From positions 1,120,001-1,184,000 of the forward strand of contig CAVRJY010000001.1 of assembly GCA_963721805.1 (NCBI GenBank): a stretch of DNA of 64,000 bases, written 5' to 3'. The position numbers were made by a program, and so were the translations under genes. The stretch is from Nitrospirota bacterium (GTDB taxonomy: Bacteria > Nitrospirota > Thermodesulfovibrionia > Thermodesulfovibrionales > JdFR-86). Shown here one piece after another: positions 61,265 through 64,000 of the stretch. A model generated the notes under the pieces. The model was not told the DNA's origin. It made no database searches and saw only the letters and a program-made list of their open reading frames with translations. Position 1 is the first letter of the stretch. Each line of letters starts with the position of its first letter.

Positions 61265-62389
61265 CTATCTGAGCCTGGCCGCCGCTATGCCTGCCTGCTC
61301 GCCGATGCTGAGGCATGCGCCCATGACGCGCGTCGAACCGAGGGCCTCATGCGTGGCCGAGATGCACCGCCCTGCCATGAACAGGTTTGTTATCCCCTTG
61401 GCCTTCATGCACCCAGGCGGTATCTCGTAATAATCGCCGGGCGGAGGATACCGAAGCACGGTCGGCCTACCGAGCCGCCAGAGCTCTATCGGCCACGCGT
61501 TTTTCACGGCGCCGTCGTCGAACTTTCGGGCTGAGAGTATGTCTTGTTCGGTCAGGACGTACTCGCCCTCGATCCTCCGGGTTTCCCGGACCCCAAGCAT
61601 TACTTTTTCTATCGCGCTTCGGCCGAACTCCGGCAGCCCCTCGCGTATCGCGGCGAACAGCAGCCCTGCGTCCCGCGCCGCGTCCTTTGCGGAAGCGTCA
61701 TTCTCTATGCTGAACTTGAGGTACCCAACAGATCCCGAGGCCGTGAACTGCGCGTATCTGAGCCGCTCCGGGAGCGTGCCGTGCACCGTGGCGCGGCTTA
61801 CGAGAAACGATACCCTTAGAGGCAGCATCTCGTCGGATACGGCGATGCCGTTTATCCGCACGATGCAGCCGGAGGGCTGACGCACGGCCGAGGGCAATAT
61901 CCCGGCCCCTGCCAGCGCGGCAAGCGAGCCGTCCCCTGTGCAGTCTATCGCGGCAAGGGCTGTTATCTCTCCGGCGTTAGTGACGACCTTCGTTATGCTT
62001 GCGCCCTCGCGCCCGGCCCTGACCGCCTCGGTATCGAACCGGATCTCTAGTCTCCCGGCCTCGGCCCGGCATAGTCCCGTAAGCACCTCGATGAGCTGTC
62101 CGGCCTCGTAAGGCAGGACGTATACAGAGCCAACCTTCAGCGGTCTCGAGGCAGGCGAGAGCCGCATCAGCGCTGCCGCGACCTCCCGGCTGATCCCGTC
62201 ATTGAGAGTCGCGCGGTCTGCTTCCTCGCCCGTGCCGTACAGGCCGCATATCTGATGGAGCATGCCCCCTATGCCGCCGAGCCTCGCGGTGCGCTCGACC
62301 AGGACGGTCGACGCACCGCTACGCGCCGAGGCAACCGCCGCCGCCACGCCCGCCACGCCGCCTCCGGCCACCAGCACGTCGCACCTCAT
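61265..62389 (-). CDS. FAD-dependent oxidoreductase
   Basis: DVLVAGGGVAG, IDCTGDG, GVRETRRI, AGRCISA and RVMG; ATGA overlap with the upstream gene. Confidence 0.85.
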   Translation of the reverse strand: MRCDVLVAGGGVAGVAAAVASARSGASTVLVERTARLGGIGGMLHQICGLYGTGEEADRATLNDGISREVAAALMRLSPASRPLKVGSVYVLPYEAGQLIEVLTGLCRAEAGRLEIRFDTEAVRAGREGASITKVVTNAGEITALAAIDCTGDGSLAALAGAGILPSAVRQPSGCIVRINGIAVSDEMLPLRVSFLVSRATVHGTLPERLRYAQFTASGSVGYLKFSIENDASAKDAARDAGLLFAAIREGLPEFGRSAIEKVMLGVRETRRIEGEYVLTEQDILSARKFDDGAVKNAWPIELWRLGRPTVLRYPPPGDYYEIPPGCMKAKGITNLFMAGRCISATHEALGSTRVMGACLSIGEQAGIAAARLR

Positions 62390-63684
62390 CGCGGCTGCCC
62401 CAGTCCCGCTAGGACCGTCGCCTCTATCCCGGCAGCCTCCTGCTCCGTGATCAGGCCCTCGAGCCACGAAAGCGTGAGGTGCAGCCTCTGGCCGAAGCGC
62501 GTGAAAAAAAGCCCGAGCCCCGGAGGGGAAGGGACGCGCGGCATATGGAAGCAGTCCTTAATCTCGTGCCCCATGAACCGCTCTCCGAGGTATGCGCTCC
62601 TGCCGATATACGAGAAGCAGAACGAGGCGAGCGTACCTTTGAAAGGCAGGTTCAGCGCGGCGCTCAGGGCCGGCAGCGGTGCTATGCGCATGAGGTGGCT
62701 CGCTTCGGCTATGTCGCGAAGCGTGCCGTCCTTAACGTGCTCGAACATCTGGGCCTTGAGCGAGCCTATAAGCCTCGCGCGGTCCGCGAGCTCATCGGGC
62801 CCTATCTTGAAAAACAGGTAAGTTACATAGTTAAAGAAGAGTTCTTTCCTTATGTCCTCGGCCGAGCGCGCATCGACAGTGACAGGCACCAGGTAGTTGG
62901 GCGAGGCGATCCCGCGCGACTTAAATACCCTGTCCACGGCCGGGACGACAGAGGCCAGCAGATACGGCATCTCAAAGAGGTATCCGGCCTCCTCCGAGGC
63001 CATTTTAAGGATGGCCGCGCTCTGTGCGGCATCAAACCCGAGCACTCGATACCTGAATCCGGGCCGGGCCGCGGCTGGCATCGGCAGGCACCGGGGCATA
63101 GGCCTTCCTAGCGCGATCAGCTTGCGGTTGATATTGCGGCCGGCCAAAAACTTCCGGCTCCAGCCGTCTAAGAGCGCGTCCTGAGTGAGGTTCACTCCTT
63201 GCGGCGCGGTGCCGCTTTGGTACAGATCGTTAATCAGCCAGAGGAAGGCCTCGGCCCCGCGCGCGTCAAACAGGCGGTGGTCGAAGGTGATCGCGAAGTG
63301 GCTGGTACCTTCTCGAGCCCGGATATAATGGTACGCCAGGTGGGTGTTTTCGTCCCTGAAGCCGCGGTTCGCGGCTGCCTCGAGGAGCGGCATCGGATCG
63401 CCGTCGTGCACGCTGAGGTCTGCCTTGCCGGATTTGCGCGGCATGCGCCAGTACGGGCAGAGGTTGAAATCGCGGCTGACGCGTCCGCTTAAGACCGGCA
63501 GCGCTTCGTGCATGCGGTCAAGCACGTCTCGCAGCGCGTGCTCGTCTATCTGGCCATTGAGCCTGAATACTATCTGCGAGGAGTTGCCGGAGCAGGTCGT
63601 GCGCTTCATCGCATAGTCCAGCATCGAGACGACCCAGTCGGGGCCCGTCAAGTAGCGCTTTCGCTTGGCTGACGGGACGCGCAT
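62386..63684 (-). CDS. Condensation-domain / CAT-fold acyltransferase-like protein
   Basis: DHRLFDARG resembles HHxxxDG; PVTVDAR; FSYIG. Confidence 0.6.
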   Translation of the reverse strand: MRVPSAKRKRYLTGPDWVVSMLDYAMKRTTCSGNSSQIVFRLNGQIDEHALRDVLDRMHEALPVLSGRVSRDFNLCPYWRMPRKSGKADLSVHDGDPMPLLEAAANRGFRDENTHLAYHYIRAREGTSHFAITFDHRLFDARGAEAFLWLINDLYQSGTAPQGVNLTQDALLDGWSRKFLAGRNINRKLIALGRPMPRCLPMPAAARPGFRYRVLGFDAAQSAAILKMASEEAGYLFEMPYLLASVVPAVDRVFKSRGIASPNYLVPVTVDARSAEDIRKELFFNYVTYLFFKIGPDELADRARLIGSLKAQMFEHVKDGTLRDIAEASHLMRIAPLPALSAALNLPFKGTLASFCFSYIGRSAYLGERFMGHEIKDCFHMPRVPSPPGLGLFFTRFGQRLHLTLSWLEGLITEQEAAGIEATVLAGLGQPR

Positions 63685-63691
63685 CGCGCCT

Positions 63692-63943
63692 CTAAACGCG
63701 CTGCTTTGCGCTTATGAACGCGGCAAGCGAGCGGATCGAGGAGAAGTCCTCCTTGCTGAGGTTGTGCTCGATCAGGCGCAGGCCGAAGTCTTTCTCGATA
63801 GAGACGATCACCTCGACGAGCCCCAGAGAATCGATGCCGAGCGTGTGCAGCGGGGCCTCGGCCGGGATCGCGGCAGCCTCGAGCCCGGTGATCGACGAGA
63901 CCGTGCCGGTCAGCCGTTTTTCTATCTCAGCGATATCCGCCAC
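63692..63943 (-). CDS. Acyl carrier protein
   Basis: LGIDSLGLVE; IEKDFG; FSSIRSLA. Confidence 0.88.
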   Translation of the reverse strand: MADIAEIEKRLTGTVSSITGLEAAAIPAEAPLHTLGIDSLGLVEVIVSIEKDFGLRLIEHNLSKEDFSSIRSLAAFISAKQRV

Positions 63944-63955
63944 AGAAGCCGGTGC

Positions 63956-64000
63956 TCAGCCCTTGCCGCTGGTGTTGTCGTAGATGAAGTTGGCAAGCGT
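63956..64000 (-). CDS. C-terminus of an upstream gene, possibly a second ACP (partial)
   Basis: ...TLANFIYDNTSGKG-stop resembles an ACP terminal helix. Confidence 0.35.
   Translation of the reverse strand, partial: TLANFIYDNTSGKG

Overview
GC-rich bacterial chromosomal window. The gene order (yicC-remA-gmk-rpoZ-coaBC-TPR-roadblock; lepA-lepB-ribE-ribBA; uppP-ftsK-metK-ahcY; rsmD-coaD) suggests a Nitrospirota/Desulfobacterota-like organism, which is an inference. (1) 293-11857: an ~11.4 kb island inserted in a minus-strand tRNA-Ala(GGC), bounded by an ~85 bp direct repeat and with no integrase inside. It carries a DUF488-like gene, an unusual lipid/polyketide operon (methyltransferase, U32-family Fe-S protein, ACP, FabF-type ketosynthase, B12 radical SAM, type III PKS, DUF2147-like protein) and a three-subunit gluconate 2-dehydrogenase. 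(2) 12-24 kb: ABC transporters, a secreted monoheme beta-rich protein, a K+ channel and housekeeping genes. (3) 24-40.7 kb: a TPR-rich surface-glycan locus with a methyltransferase-coiled-coil protein, a 1636 aa multi-GT, a GDP-heptose pathway, a mutase-like flavoprotein, a sulfotransferase and rfbFG, preceded by a candidate sigma54 promoter. (4) 41-58 kb: housekeeping genes interrupted by a repeat-rich 47.0-48.15 kb patch. (5) 58-64 kb: a second ACP/condensation-like/FAD oxidoreductase/AMP-ligase cluster running off the window end. The best candidate for an undescribed system is the island's type III PKS + U32 + B12-rSAM operon, a possible O2-independent alkylquinone/phenolic-lipid pathway, together with its repeated promoter-plus-leader-peptide modules. 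All family assignments come from motif recognition by eye; no database searches were run.
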